64,000 bases of DNA from Gemmatimonadaceae bacterium (GTDB taxonomy: Bacteria > Gemmatimonadota > Gemmatimonadetes > Gemmatimonadales > Gemmatimonadaceae). The position numbers and the translations under genes were made by a program. The stretch covers positions 288,001-352,000 of the forward strand of contig JBJMOW010000004.1 in NCBI GenBank assembly GCA_045803545.1. Reading direction: 5' to 3'. The notes below the pieces were generated by a model that was not told the origin of the DNA, did not search any database, and worked only from the letters and a program-made list of their open reading frames with translations. Below, in pieces: positions 43,687 through 52,565 of this stretch (position 1 is the stretch's first letter; every line of letters begins with the position of its first letter).

Positions 43687-44237
43687 CAGCGTCGTGTTCG
43701 CCGCTTGGTGGAAGTGGTCTTGGTCGACTTCGTGGCGGCCGATTTCGTGGTTGACGCTTGGGCGGGGGTATCAGCTTTGGCTGGTGCAATCGCTGCGGGA
43801 GTGCTGCTCGCCGTCGTGTCGCGCTTGATGATCGAGTCACCGGCCAGCGGCGGCGCATCCGGATGTCTGAAGTAGACGGGTAGCAGAATCGATACTGGCA
43901 CTGGCTGACCCTGCGTCTTCGCGGGCTCGAACTTGAGATCGCGCGAGCCTTTCATTGCCGCCGAATCAAGTGCGGTGAAGCCGGAGGTTTCGGCAATTCG
44001 TGTCGAGTCGGGAATGATGCTGCCGTCCCGGTCGATGAAGATGCGGAGCGTCACGTTGCCCTGGACCTTCTGCGCGTACAAGGCGGGAGGATAACGGAAC
44101 GGCAATTCCTTGTTCAACATCACTGGTGCCACATCCGGTTGTCTTCCGACCGTTTGAAAGGGCATGCCGGATCCGTCGCCTTTGCTGCATGCGGCAAGGC
44201 CAATCACCCATAGAGCAGCCAACCTTCTCATCCACAT
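43686..44237 (-). CDS. TonB C-terminal domain lipoprotein
   Basis: Lipobox LAAC; YPPAL...QGNVTL...DG, LDSAA, FEPA..G.PV; basic Thr/Lys tail. Confidence 0.78.
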   Translation of the reverse strand: MWMRRLAALWVIGLAACSKGDGSGMPFQTVGRQPDVAPVMLNKELPFRYPPALYAQKVQGNVTLRIFIDRDGSIIPDSTRIAETSGFTALDSAAMKGSRDLKFEPAKTQGQPVPVSILLPVYFRHPDAPPLAGDSIIKRDTTASSTPAAIAPAKADTPAQASTTKSAATKSTKTTSTKRRTRR

Positions 44238-44238
44238 C

Positions 44239-46863
44239 TCAGGTAGTTTCTCTTTCACTTTTCGCTTCGTCGACGAGTCGGGAGAGCATTTCCAGAGCCT
44301 GAAGTGGCGTGATCGTGTCAGGCTCCAGACGCTTCAGCTTTTCTATCACAGGATGGATAGCTGCGCCGAAGAGTGCCAGTTGGTCTTCCGTGATATCTGG
44401 CCGGCCTGAAGCGCGCCTTGCTCGCGGCACAATCTGTTCCGCTTCCAGCAGGCGAAGCAATTCCCTCGCTCGCTCGAGTACAGGCGTTGGCAGGCCTGCC
44501 AGGCGGCCGACCTCGATACCGTAGGACCGATCTGCGCCACCCGGCTGCAGCCGGTGCAGGAACAGCACCTGATCCCCAATCTCCCGCACCTGGACATTAT
44601 AGTTGCGAACTGCTCCTAAATTATCGGCCAGCTGCGTAAGCTCATGGTAGTGCGTGGCAAAGATTGTCTTGCAGCCAACGCTGTTGTGCAGGTGCTCGCT
44701 GACAGCCCACGCGATCGAAATACCGTCGTACGTCGAAGTGCCCCGCCCAATTTCATCCAGCAGAACCAGGCTGCGCCGTGATGCCGTATGAAGGATTGCG
44801 CTGGTCTCCGACATTTCCACCATGAACGTCGATTGGCCTCGCACGAGGTTATCACTCGCGCCGACACGAGTGAATAACCGATCGACAACCCCCATGCGTG
44901 CCCGTGTCGCTGGAACGAAGCTGCCAACCTGCGCCATCAACACGATCAGCCCCACTTGGCGCAAGACCGTCGACTTACCGGCCATGTTGGGGCCGGTGAG
45001 GATGATCATCCGGGCGTCTTCGGACAGCGTCGTGTCGTTGGGGATGAACTTCTCGCGCGGCATCATGCGCTCGACCACGGGGTGTCGCCCGCCAAAGATT
45101 TCCAGCGCGAAATCGTCACTGAGCTCGGGGCGGACATATCCTTCCCGGCTCGCAGCTTCGGCGAGCGAAGCAAGTACGTCGAGTTCCGCGATTACGTGCG
45201 CGAGTGTCTGGAGACGTAAGACCTGCGCACCAACCTTCGCCCTCAGGCTCTCAAGGAGCTTACGCTCGCGCTCTTCGATTCTTTCAGCCGCAGTAAGGAC
45301 ACGCTCTTCGTATTCCTTCAGTGAAGGCGTTACATAACGCTCTGCACCCGTCAGCGTTTGCCTGCGCTGATAGTCAGGGGGAATCAGATGCTTGTTGCTG
45401 TTACTGATTTCGATGAAGTATCCGAAGACTTTATTGTAGCCAACCTTCAGCGAGCTGATTCCAGTTCTTGCGCGCTCGTCAGCCTGAATCCGAGCGATGC
45501 CGTCTTTGCCACCGTCGCGCAGTCCACGCCAGTTGTCCAGTTCGCTGTCGATACCAGCCCGAATGGATGGCTCATCACCAATGGTGGCCGGTGGGCGATC
45601 AACGAGGATTTGCTGAATCTCCTTGCAGAGATCGTCGCAGTCGTCCCAGGCGGTCACCTGTCGGGCAAATGCCCAGCGACCATTCGTAGAACGCGGCTGA
45701 GTTCGATCGACCGCTGCCTTAACGTCAGGAACACGACCGAGCGAATCGCCGAGCGCTCTCAGCTCACGCGGTGATGCGCGGCCCGCGGCAGTCTTGCCAG
45801 CGAGCCGCTCGATATCACGCACTCCGTCGAGCCCTTCCCTCAATGCGTCGCGAACAAGGATGTCGCCCAGTGCCGATACCGCATCGAGTCTTTGCTCGAT
45901 CTGAGCCCGTTCAACGAGGGGCGCCAACAACCAGTGCCGAAGCAGCCGGGCACCCATCGGTGTCAATGTTCGATCAAGCACGGCCAGTAGAGTTCCGGAC
46001 ATCTCGCCTCTCATCGAGTCGACGAGCTCGAGATTCCGCCGCGTCATTTCATCGAGCGGCATCACCCCGCCGGGCCGCTCCATCCTCGGGCGACCGAGAT
46101 GTGGTGTCCCCGAAGGCTGTAGATCCCGCAGATAACGCAGTAATGCGCCAGCCGCGCTGATCGCCACGTTGTCCGAGTCTTCGATGCCGAAAGCTTCGAG
46201 AGATCCGACATGGAAATGCTGGAGCAATTGATCTCGCGCCAGTCCGGCGTCGAACTCCCAGGCTTCGCGCTCCGTTACCATCGGGCCTTCTTCGCCGATT
46301 GGACCTTTCAGCGTGCGCCCAAACTCCTCACCCCGCGCGATGATTATTTCACGCGGAGTAAATCGCGCCAGTGCTGCATCGAGATCGTCAGTAGCAACGA
46401 TCGATAGACGCAGCTCGCCAGTCGACAGGTCGGTGCAGCTGACGCCGACGGTATCTCCGGAGCGATGCAGCGCACACAGGTAGTTATTGCGCGCACCGTC
46501 GAGCAGATCGTCGGCGAACGCCGCACCAGGCGTTATGGTCTCGATCACTTCGCGCTTGACGAGCCCCTTCGCCAACTTCGGATCTTCGATCTGTTCACAG
46601 ATTGAGACGCGAAAACCTTGTTGGACCAGGCGTTTCAGATATTCGCCCGCAGCTTTTACTGGTACGCCGGCCAGAGGAACTTCGCTGGCTCCGCCGTTAT
46701 TTCGCGAAGTTAGGGTGAGGCCAAGCGTTCTCGAGGCGACCTCTGCGTCCTCGTAGAACATCTCGTAGAAATCACCCATTCGGAAGAACAAGATCGCGTC
46801 CTGATGCCGCGCCTTGATCTCCCGATATTGCTGCATCAACGGAGTTGATGCGTCCCGACTCAC
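44239..46863 (-). CDS. mutS: DNA mismatch repair protein MutS
   Basis: TPLMQQY, FRMGDFYEMF, TGPNMAGKST, STFMVEM, DEIGRGTS, THYHEL. Confidence 0.97.
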   Translation of the reverse strand: MSRDASTPLMQQYREIKARHQDAILFFRMGDFYEMFYEDAEVASRTLGLTLTSRNNGGASEVPLAGVPVKAAGEYLKRLVQQGFRVSICEQIEDPKLAKGLVKREVIETITPGAAFADDLLDGARNNYLCALHRSGDTVGVSCTDLSTGELRLSIVATDDLDAALARFTPREIIIARGEEFGRTLKGPIGEEGPMVTEREAWEFDAGLARDQLLQHFHVGSLEAFGIEDSDNVAISAAGALLRYLRDLQPSGTPHLGRPRMERPGGVMPLDEMTRRNLELVDSMRGEMSGTLLAVLDRTLTPMGARLLRHWLLAPLVERAQIEQRLDAVSALGDILVRDALREGLDGVRDIERLAGKTAAGRASPRELRALGDSLGRVPDVKAAVDRTQPRSTNGRWAFARQVTAWDDCDDLCKEIQQILVDRPPATIGDEPSIRAGIDSELDNWRGLRDGGKDGIARIQADERARTGISSLKVGYNKVFGYFIEISNSNKHLIPPDYQRRQTLTGAERYVTPSLKEYEERVLTAAERIEERERKLLESLRAKVGAQVLRLQTLAHVIAELDVLASLAEAASREGYVRPELSDDFALEIFGGRHPVVERMMPREKFIPNDTTLSEDARMIILTGPNMAGKSTVLRQVGLIVLMAQVGSFVPATRARMGVVDRLFTRVGASDNLVRGQSTFMVEMSETSAILHTASRRSLVLLDEIGRGTSTYDGISIAWAVSEHLHNSVGCKTIFATHYHELTQLADNLGAVRNYNVQVREIGDQVLFLHRLQPGGADRSYGIEVGRLAGLPTPVLERARELLRLLEAEQIVPRARRASGRPDITEDQLALFGAAIHPVIEKLKRLEPDTITPLQALEMLSRLVDEAKSERETT

Positions 46864-48044
46864 CGCTCCGGCGCCCGCACTACAAATCCACTTAGCTGCT
46901 TTGTCTTCATCTCATGTAACTTACTCTCTGCGGCGCGTTCGCTCGCATAACGGCCGACGCGGACACGGAACCAGTCAGGTGATACGTCGACGCGCGCCTC
47001 ATAGCCCCGCTTTTTCAGGCTTTCGGTGAGCTTGTCTGCATCAGCCCGTGTTTTGTACGCTGCGATCTGAACGGAATATTCGGACTTCGCGGTGACGGCC
47101 GCTTTTTTTACTACTGGCTGTGCGGACGAAACACTCGCGGGCGCCGTCATTGGAGCTCTCGCTGGATCCACGATACTCGGCTTCGCATCGTTGGCTTCAG
47201 GCGGTGGCACCGGTCGCTTTGTCCCCACGGGAGGTTTCATTTTCACCGTGGGTTTTGTTTCGACCGGTGGCTTGCTCGGCTCCGCCACTGTGGTCTGTAC
47301 CGGCGGACTTTCTACCGCAGTCTTCGTCTCAACAGCTGCCTGAGTTTGGCCAATTGCCTGCGCGTTGACCCGCCCGGAGTCAGGCGAGGTCGTGGCCGGC
47401 CGCGAAGCGGTAACAGCGGTAACAGCGGTAACAGCGGTAACAGCGGTAACAGCGGTAACAGCGGTAACAGCTGCTGCACTGGGCAATGGGCAACGCTGTC
47501 CCTGATATTGAATCTGGTTTCGAAGTTCTATTTCGGTTGAATCGAGCTTGGCCAGTGCGCTGCCGTTCGCCGCACATCCATTCACAATGTCGTTTTTTTC
47601 GAAAAACACCCGCGCAATCCAGTAGTTCGCCCGTGCAAGCGACTTGCTGCTTGGGTAGTCCCGCGGGATACGCTGCAAATGACCGAGCGCCGCATCACGA
47701 TCGCCGCGGGCGAGCTCGAGCTGAGCCAAACGGAGCAATGCATCGGGCGCTTGCGGTGTCAGCGGATAGTCGACGACGATGTGCTTATAATCGCTCTCGG
47801 CGTCGGCCGCGCTGGCGGCGAGACTTGCGCGCCAGAATAGAGCCTGCGGATACAGCGGCGCTGATGGAGGTGTCGCAGCGATCATAGAATCAATTAGTGC
47901 TCGGCCCGCCGCACCGTTCCCATCACTCACCAACGCCTGCGCCCTGGTGAACACAGGATCGGTCGGACGCGCGCCGGTCTGCGCTGCCAGGCCGGAGCCG
48001 ACGAATATTAGAGCAACACCCGAAAGAATTTTCCATCGAAACAT
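46860..48044 (-). CDS. TPR + SPOR domain periplasmic protein
   Basis: Start at ATG 48044 gives a signal peptide; TPR-like repeats, Pro-rich linker, SPOR (YSVQIAAY...FRVRVGRY). Confidence 0.85.
   Translation of the reverse strand: MFRWKILSGVALIFVGSGLAAQTGARPTDPVFTRAQALVSDGNGAAGRALIDSMIAATPPSAPLYPQALFWRASLAASAADAESDYKHIVVDYPLTPQAPDALLRLAQLELARGDRDAALGHLQRIPRDYPSSKSLARANYWIARVFFEKNDIVNGCAANGSALAKLDSTEIELRNQIQYQGQRCPLPSAAAVTAVTAVTAVTAVTAVTAVTASRPATTSPDSGRVNAQAIGQTQAAVETKTAVESPPVQTTVAEPSKPPVETKPTVKMKPPVGTKRPVPPPEANDAKPSIVDPARAPMTAPASVSSAQPVVKKAAVTAKSEYSVQIAAYKTRADADKLTESLKKRGYEARVDVSPDWFRVRVGRYASERAAESKLHEMKTKQLSGFVVRAPER
47406..47471. repeat. Perfect 9-bp tandem repeat (GCGGTAACA)x7 encoding (AVT)7
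   Basis: Seen directly, inside the SPOR gene linker. Confidence 0.95.
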
Positions 48045-48060
48045 CTCACTGCTCTCCCAT

Positions 48061-49122
48061 TCACGCTGCGGCGCTGCGCGGCTGCTCTGCGCAAAGACTG
48101 AGCACCAGCGTTGACAGCAATTGTTCTTCTGACGAGACCCGACTCTCCTTGAGTGCGATATCGGTCTCGAGCAGCGAATCGAGCGCTCGGTCGAGCGACT
48201 CGCGACTCCAGCGGTCAGCTGCGCGCGCCCAGACGGCGGTGGCCGATCCCCACGGCCGGCCTGTGAACGCGCCGGTCTCTCGGAGGAGATCGAAATACTC
48301 CTGATTGAGCCGACCCCTCGATAAACCCTCATCGAGTTTTGCCCGCCCCCACGAAATTGCGAGCATCTGTGTCGACAATGCCATGACGACTGAGACAGCC
48401 GTTGTTTTCGGCTGCGCGAGAATATGGGGAATTAGCTCCAGCGCGCGCGCAACGTTCCTCTCCGCCACCGCATCCAGCAGATCAGATTGTGTCTCTCCAC
48501 GCCGCACGCCTACTACGGCACCGACATCATCCTCGGCGATTTCGGCAGACCGACCTGCCACGTAGCTCGCCAGCTTATCCAGCTCACCTGCCAACTGGTA
48601 CAAGTCGTTCCCGACTGCCGCTTGCAGTAGTTCCGACGCACTACTTGTGATCGTGACGCTGTGTGCGGTTATCGCATGATGCGCAATCCACTTCGGGATT
48701 CTATCGCCAGAGAGGGCGTCAAAGGACAGCGAAGTACTCAGACTGGAGAGCGCGTTATCCTCCTTTGCTCCCGCAGACACCTGCATGATCAGAAGTAGAT
48801 CCGGTGCCGCGGACTTGAGATAGCCTTCCAGTACCTTATGCGCGTCTTTCCGCAGACCACCTACATCACGAAGAGCGATCACCCTACGCTCTGCCATCAT
48901 CGGTGGTGTACCGAGCAGAACGCCAAGCGACTCCGGATCTAGCTCACCGGCTCGCCGGATATCAAGATTGAAATCTGCAGCTACAGGATCCAGCGCAGCC
49001 TCGATCAACTGCCTGATCGCATCTTCCTTCTGAAATTCATCCTCGCCGGTGATGTAATACGCATGGTCGAAAGACCTGCTTTTTATTGCATCACGAAGTG
49101 TTTTCAAAGAAGACGGCGGCAT
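48061..49122 (-). CDS. holA: DNA polymerase III subunit delta
   Basis: YYITGEDEF, TPPMMAERRVI, VGNDL...ELDKL, ETDIALK. Confidence 0.88.
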   Translation of the reverse strand: MPPSSLKTLRDAIKSRSFDHAYYITGEDEFQKEDAIRQLIEAALDPVAADFNLDIRRAGELDPESLGVLLGTPPMMAERRVIALRDVGGLRKDAHKVLEGYLKSAAPDLLLIMQVSAGAKEDNALSSLSTSLSFDALSGDRIPKWIAHHAITAHSVTITSSASELLQAAVGNDLYQLAGELDKLASYVAGRSAEIAEDDVGAVVGVRRGETQSDLLDAVAERNVARALELIPHILAQPKTTAVSVVMALSTQMLAISWGRAKLDEGLSRGRLNQEYFDLLRETGAFTGRPWGSATAVWARAADRWSRESLDRALDSLLETDIALKESRVSSEEQLLSTLVLSLCAEQPRSAAA

Positions 49123-49168
49123 GCCCCAAATATATGAGTGCTAGAGGGGACTGCCGATGCGCGCCTGA

Positions 49169-49702
49169 CTACCGCGTGTAGTTCGTGAGCTCGAGCTTTG
49201 AGTGCGCGAAACGAACTGGGACTTGTTCCGCGAAGAGCGCCACGGGCCAGATGGTTAAGCCGGCGGATACCGAGGCAACGATTGCCGGGGCCGAAGTGGT
49301 GATCGGAGTGAGCTCGGGTTCCGGGACTGTCGCGACCACTGGGGGAAGGAGAATGTCGCGCGGAGCGACCGGCTGGTTGAACAGCGTAGTCCCGATGTAG
49401 CCGAGCATTACTGCGCTTGCGAGGGCAGCCGCGATTGCTCCCCGTCTCATGCTGTGCTGTGTCATCGCCAGCTGATCTTCCTGGCAGCTTTTGAGGCGGG
49501 CTTCGAGTCGCGAGGAGAAATCTGGAGAAGGCTCGATCGACGGAAGATTTCTAAAGAGTAGCAAGGCCCGCCGGATTTTCGCGTCCTGCTTCGCACAGCT
49601 CTCGCATTCAGCGATATGTCGCTGCATGCGAACGAGCTCGATACCGGCGAGCGTATCGTCGACGAAGGCTAGATGCTGCTCACAAAAGTCGCGACAATCC
49701 AT
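49169..49702 (-). CDS. ZAS (zf-HC2) anti-sigma factor
   Basis: MDC...HIAECESC, SPDFSSRL, one TM helix; downstream of an ECF sigma. Confidence 0.87.
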   Translation of the reverse strand: MDCRDFCEQHLAFVDDTLAGIELVRMQRHIAECESCAKQDAKIRRALLLFRNLPSIEPSPDFSSRLEARLKSCQEDQLAMTQHSMRRGAIAAALASAVMLGYIGTTLFNQPVAPRDILLPPVVATVPEPELTPITTSAPAIVASVSAGLTIWPVALFAEQVPVRFAHSKLELTNYTR

Positions 49703-49716
49703 GTAGATAGGTTGAG

Positions 49717-49761
49717 GGTTCGATAACAGGTACCCATTAACATGGGGCCTGTTCCCGAACC
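49717..49761 (-). other. Long imperfect hairpin between sigma and anti-sigma genes
   Basis: GGTTCG/CGAACC, AACAGG/CCTGTT and CCCAT/ATGGG paired segments around a 4-nt loop. Confidence 0.6.
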
Positions 49762-49768
49762 GTCAGCC

Positions 49769-50407
49769 CTAATCTACGTATGGTGCAATGATTTCCGCGA
49801 ACGAGTTTCTGGCCCTATTCAGCCGGGACTTAACCGTGCCGAGATTACAATCGGTGATTTCAGCAATCTCTTCGTAAGACTTTCCTTCGAGCTCCCTCAG
49901 GATGAAAACATTTCTGTGATGCTCGGGAAGCTTTGCAACACTCTCTTCGACGATTTCTCTTAGATGGCGCTTCCGATACATGTCGTCGGGACGCGAGGTC
50001 GTGTCTTCGAATTGAAGCGGCCTATCTTCATCCTGCGAATTCTTCTGAACAGTCTGGAAGAGAACCAGCGGATTGCGCGACCGGTTTCTCAGCTCGTTCT
50101 TGGCCAGGTTCGAGGCAATAGTATAGACCCAGGTCGAGAACTTCTTTGACCGGTCGAAGCGATGCAGATGGCGGTACACGCGAATAAAGACTTCCTGTAC
50201 CAGATCTTCCGCTTTTTCACGATCACCGATGGTGCGGTATACGAAGTTGAGGAGTCGTGTCTGATAACGGGTCACCAGCTCCGAGAAGGCACGCTCTTCT
50301 CCACCAAGAAACGCGGTGACGACGGCTGAGTCATCCATCGCCTGCAGGCGTTCCCTGACGGTCGGAACCTCAACCGATACTGCTTGCTTACGGACGATGT
50401 CAGCCAT
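49769..50407 (-). CDS. ECF sigma factor (RpoE/SigW-like)
   Basis: AFSELVTRYQ, AEDLVQEVF, KFSTWVYTIASN, SYEEIAEI...GTVKSRLNRAR; AAGGAG RBS before ATG 50407. Confidence 0.94.
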   Translation of the reverse strand: MADIVRKQAVSVEVPTVRERLQAMDDSAVVTAFLGGEERAFSELVTRYQTRLLNFVYRTIGDREKAEDLVQEVFIRVYRHLHRFDRSKKFSTWVYTIASNLAKNELRNRSRNPLVLFQTVQKNSQDEDRPLQFEDTTSRPDDMYRKRHLREIVEESVAKLPEHHRNVFILRELEGKSYEEIAEITDCNLGTVKSRLNRARNSFAEIIAPYVD

Positions 50408-50491
50408 TCTGCTCTCCTTTATATAAGAGACTACGCACACCACTGATTTGTGCACACATCTCCGAACTGGAACTTTTACGTTTACTATCAG

Positions 50492-50507
50492 TGCACGCCT
50501 TGTGCCC
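50492..50507 (-). promoter_or_regulatory. Putative sigma54 promoter (GGGCAC-aaggc-GTGCA)
   Basis: GG-N10-GC upstream of the ECF sigma gene. Confidence 0.6.
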
Positions 50508-50534
50508 GGTCTTCCGCAGGACTAACTCCTTGGC

Positions 50535-50547
50535 CATCAACAACTTA
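50535..50547. promoter_or_regulatory. Putative IHF site (CATCAACAACTTA)
   Basis: Matches WATCAANNNNTTR except at the first base; lies between the -24/-12 box and the upstream palindrome. Confidence 0.5.
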
Positions 50548-50588
50548 TGGACTTCGACAAAGGCCTGAGCTTGTCCAGATTCCGCCAA

Positions 50589-50610
50589 GCTGTCCTAATT
50601 ACATGACAGC
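50589..50610. promoter_or_regulatory. Palindrome GCTGTC-N10-GACAGC, putative bEBP upstream activator sequence
   Basis: TGT-N12-ACA core about 85-105 nt upstream of the -24 element. Confidence 0.5.
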
Positions 50611-50627
50611 ATTAGCGTCTTTGGATG

Positions 50628-50658
50628 ATTAGACGCCAATTTGGCCTGAAGGGTTAAC
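50628..50658 (-). promoter_or_regulatory. Putative ECF promoter GTTAACCC-N15-CGTCTAAT
   Basis: AAC-N17-CGTC upstream of the ECF gene, consistent with autoregulation. Confidence 0.5.
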
Positions 50659-51214
50659 GACTCAGCCGAAACCCTGCCGCGAATAAGAGGGCGATCACCG
50701 TTTTGCCGTCCTGGATTTCCCCCGCTTGAATCTTTTCAAGCGCTCGAAACAACGGCATAGGCTGGGGTTCCAGAAACTCATCCGCCTCATGGTTAGTCTC
50801 GCCGGCGGTCAAACCCGTTGCCATGAAGAGGTGAATCCTTTCATCGGTGAAGCCGGGTGTTGTGTAGATGGTGGTGAGAAATTCGACTTGGTCAGCCGTG
50901 CAGCCGGTCTCCTCCTTTAACTCGCGCGCTGCGCAGTGCTTGGGATCTTCCCCAGCATCCAGTCGACCCGCGGGTACTTCGAGCATGTACCCGCCAGCCG
51001 CATAACGGTATTGGCGAATGAGAAGCACCTGCGGATCGTCACTATTCGGATCACTGAGGAATGGAACGACTGCGCTCGCACCTGGATGCCGAATCATTTC
51101 CAGCTCACCGACCGACCCGTCCGGATAACGCACGCCGTCGACATCGAGCGACACGATGCGACCCGTATAGACGCGACTTGATTTGACGCGGCCCGGCTTT
51201 ACCGGCTCAGTCAT
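50654..51214 (-). CDS. NUDIX hydrolase (ADP-ribose pyrophosphatase-like)
   Basis: LEVPAGRLDAGE...ARELKEETG Nudix box; RQYRY and TPGF motifs. Confidence 0.9.
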   Translation of the reverse strand: MTEPVKPGRVKSSRVYTGRIVSLDVDGVRYPDGSVGELEMIRHPGASAVVPFLSDPNSDDPQVLLIRQYRYAAGGYMLEVPAGRLDAGEDPKHCAARELKEETGCTADQVEFLTTIYTTPGFTDERIHLFMATGLTAGETNHEADEFLEPQPMPLFRALEKIQAGEIQDGKTVIALLFAAGFRLSR

Positions 51215-52565
51215 TCTGAGCTGCGTGGACCCGGAGCTCCCCGAAACCAAGCTGAGAGATCGAATCCTTTATTGCCGCTGCATCTCCCACGATGACGGTT
51301 TGCAGCTGGTCCGGATGAAGATGATTGCGCGCGGCTCGCAATACATCATCCGTGGTCACTTCTCGCACGCGCGTCCTATACGTGTCGTAGTAGTCGGTGT
51401 TAAGCGCGTAGATGACCAGGTTAGCTAACGCGGATGCGATCGCCTGTGTCGTCTCGTAGCGAATCGGGAACACGCCGTCGAGATAGTCTCGGGCGAGTGA
51501 CAACTCTTCCTCTGAAATCCTGTCAGCCCTGATTCGCTCGATCTCGGAGAAAATCTCCCGCAAGGCTGGCGCAGTAACTTCGCTTTGAACTGCGGTCGCC
51601 ACCACAAAAGGGCCCGGTCCACGACGCCAGTCAAAGGAAGATGAGGCACCATAAGTGTAACCGTGCTCCTCGCGCAGATTCATGTTAATGCGTGAGCCAA
51701 ACAAGCCACCGAGCACGGCATTCATCACCATTGTCGGGAAAAAGTCGGGATGCTTTCGCGACAATCCGAGATGACCCACCCGAAGTTCCGACTGCGGCGC
51801 ATCGAGTTTGTTGACGATGTTCACCGCTCGCCCATTCGTCCTTGGTGAAGCAATTAGAGCCCGACCCTGACCGACCCCGGAAGTCCACCGGCCAAACGCT
51901 TTCGAGACGAGATTCCGGGCCATCAGCGGAGTGATTGCGCCCGCGACTACCACGGTAGTCGCACCGACACGATAGTGGCTGCGGAAAAAACTGTCGACAT
52001 CTGCGCGCGACAATCCAGCCACACTCTCCGCCGTCCCACCGTCCGATGTCGCATACCTTGACTCGGGCGCATAGAGAAATTCTGAAAACTTCTCATCTGC
52101 CAGGCCTCGTGGCTCTGTCTCCAGTTGCAGAATTTCAGCGAGGCGTTCCGCTTTGAGCCTTTCGATCTCACGCTCAGGAAAAGCGGGAATGCTGATCGCC
52201 TCACCAAGGAGTGCGGTTGCCTCTTCAAGGCGATCGGCGAGTACAGTCAGCTTAACGACTGCGCTGTCCCACCCCGCAGCGGATTCAACCGCTGTTCCCA
52301 GACGCTCGAATCGCTCATTCAGCTGCGCTCCGTCGAATTCGCGCGTTCCCTCGAGCAGCGCGTCCGCAGTTAGAGCCGCCAGACCTTCCTTCCCGGATGG
52401 ATCGATAGTCGATCCGGCATCGATGACAATTAAAACGGTCACCAATGGCAGTTTTTCAACCGGCGCCACGACCAATCGCAGACCGCTTGGCAGAACTTCT
52501 TGCGTGAAGCTGGGGAACCGATACTCGCGAGGTGCGGATGGTTTAGGCCGAACGGCAGTGACCAT
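51207..52565 (-). CDS. M16B peptidase non-catalytic subunit (no signal peptide)
   Basis: M16 fold without HxxEH; LGG.F.SR..MNLREEHGYTYG (R/Y pair). Confidence 0.88.
   Translation of the reverse strand: MVTAVRPKPSAPREYRFPSFTQEVLPSGLRLVVAPVEKLPLVTVLIVIDAGSTIDPSGKEGLAALTADALLEGTREFDGAQLNERFERLGTAVESAAGWDSAVVKLTVLADRLEEATALLGEAISIPAFPEREIERLKAERLAEILQLETEPRGLADEKFSEFLYAPESRYATSDGGTAESVAGLSRADVDSFFRSHYRVGATTVVVAGAITPLMARNLVSKAFGRWTSGVGQGRALIASPRTNGRAVNIVNKLDAPQSELRVGHLGLSRKHPDFFPTMVMNAVLGGLFGSRINMNLREEHGYTYGASSSFDWRRGPGPFVVATAVQSEVTAPALREIFSEIERIRADRISEEELSLARDYLDGVFPIRYETTQAIASALANLVIYALNTDYYDTYRTRVREVTTDDVLRAARNHLHPDQLQTVIVGDAAAIKDSISQLGFGELRVHAAQND

Noticed and set aside
47406..47471. Phase-variation switch or Cys-rich (CYR)n peptide in another frame
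   Set aside because: The 9-bp unit keeps the frame, so it cannot switch the gene off; the alternative-frame peptides are by-products of the repeat.
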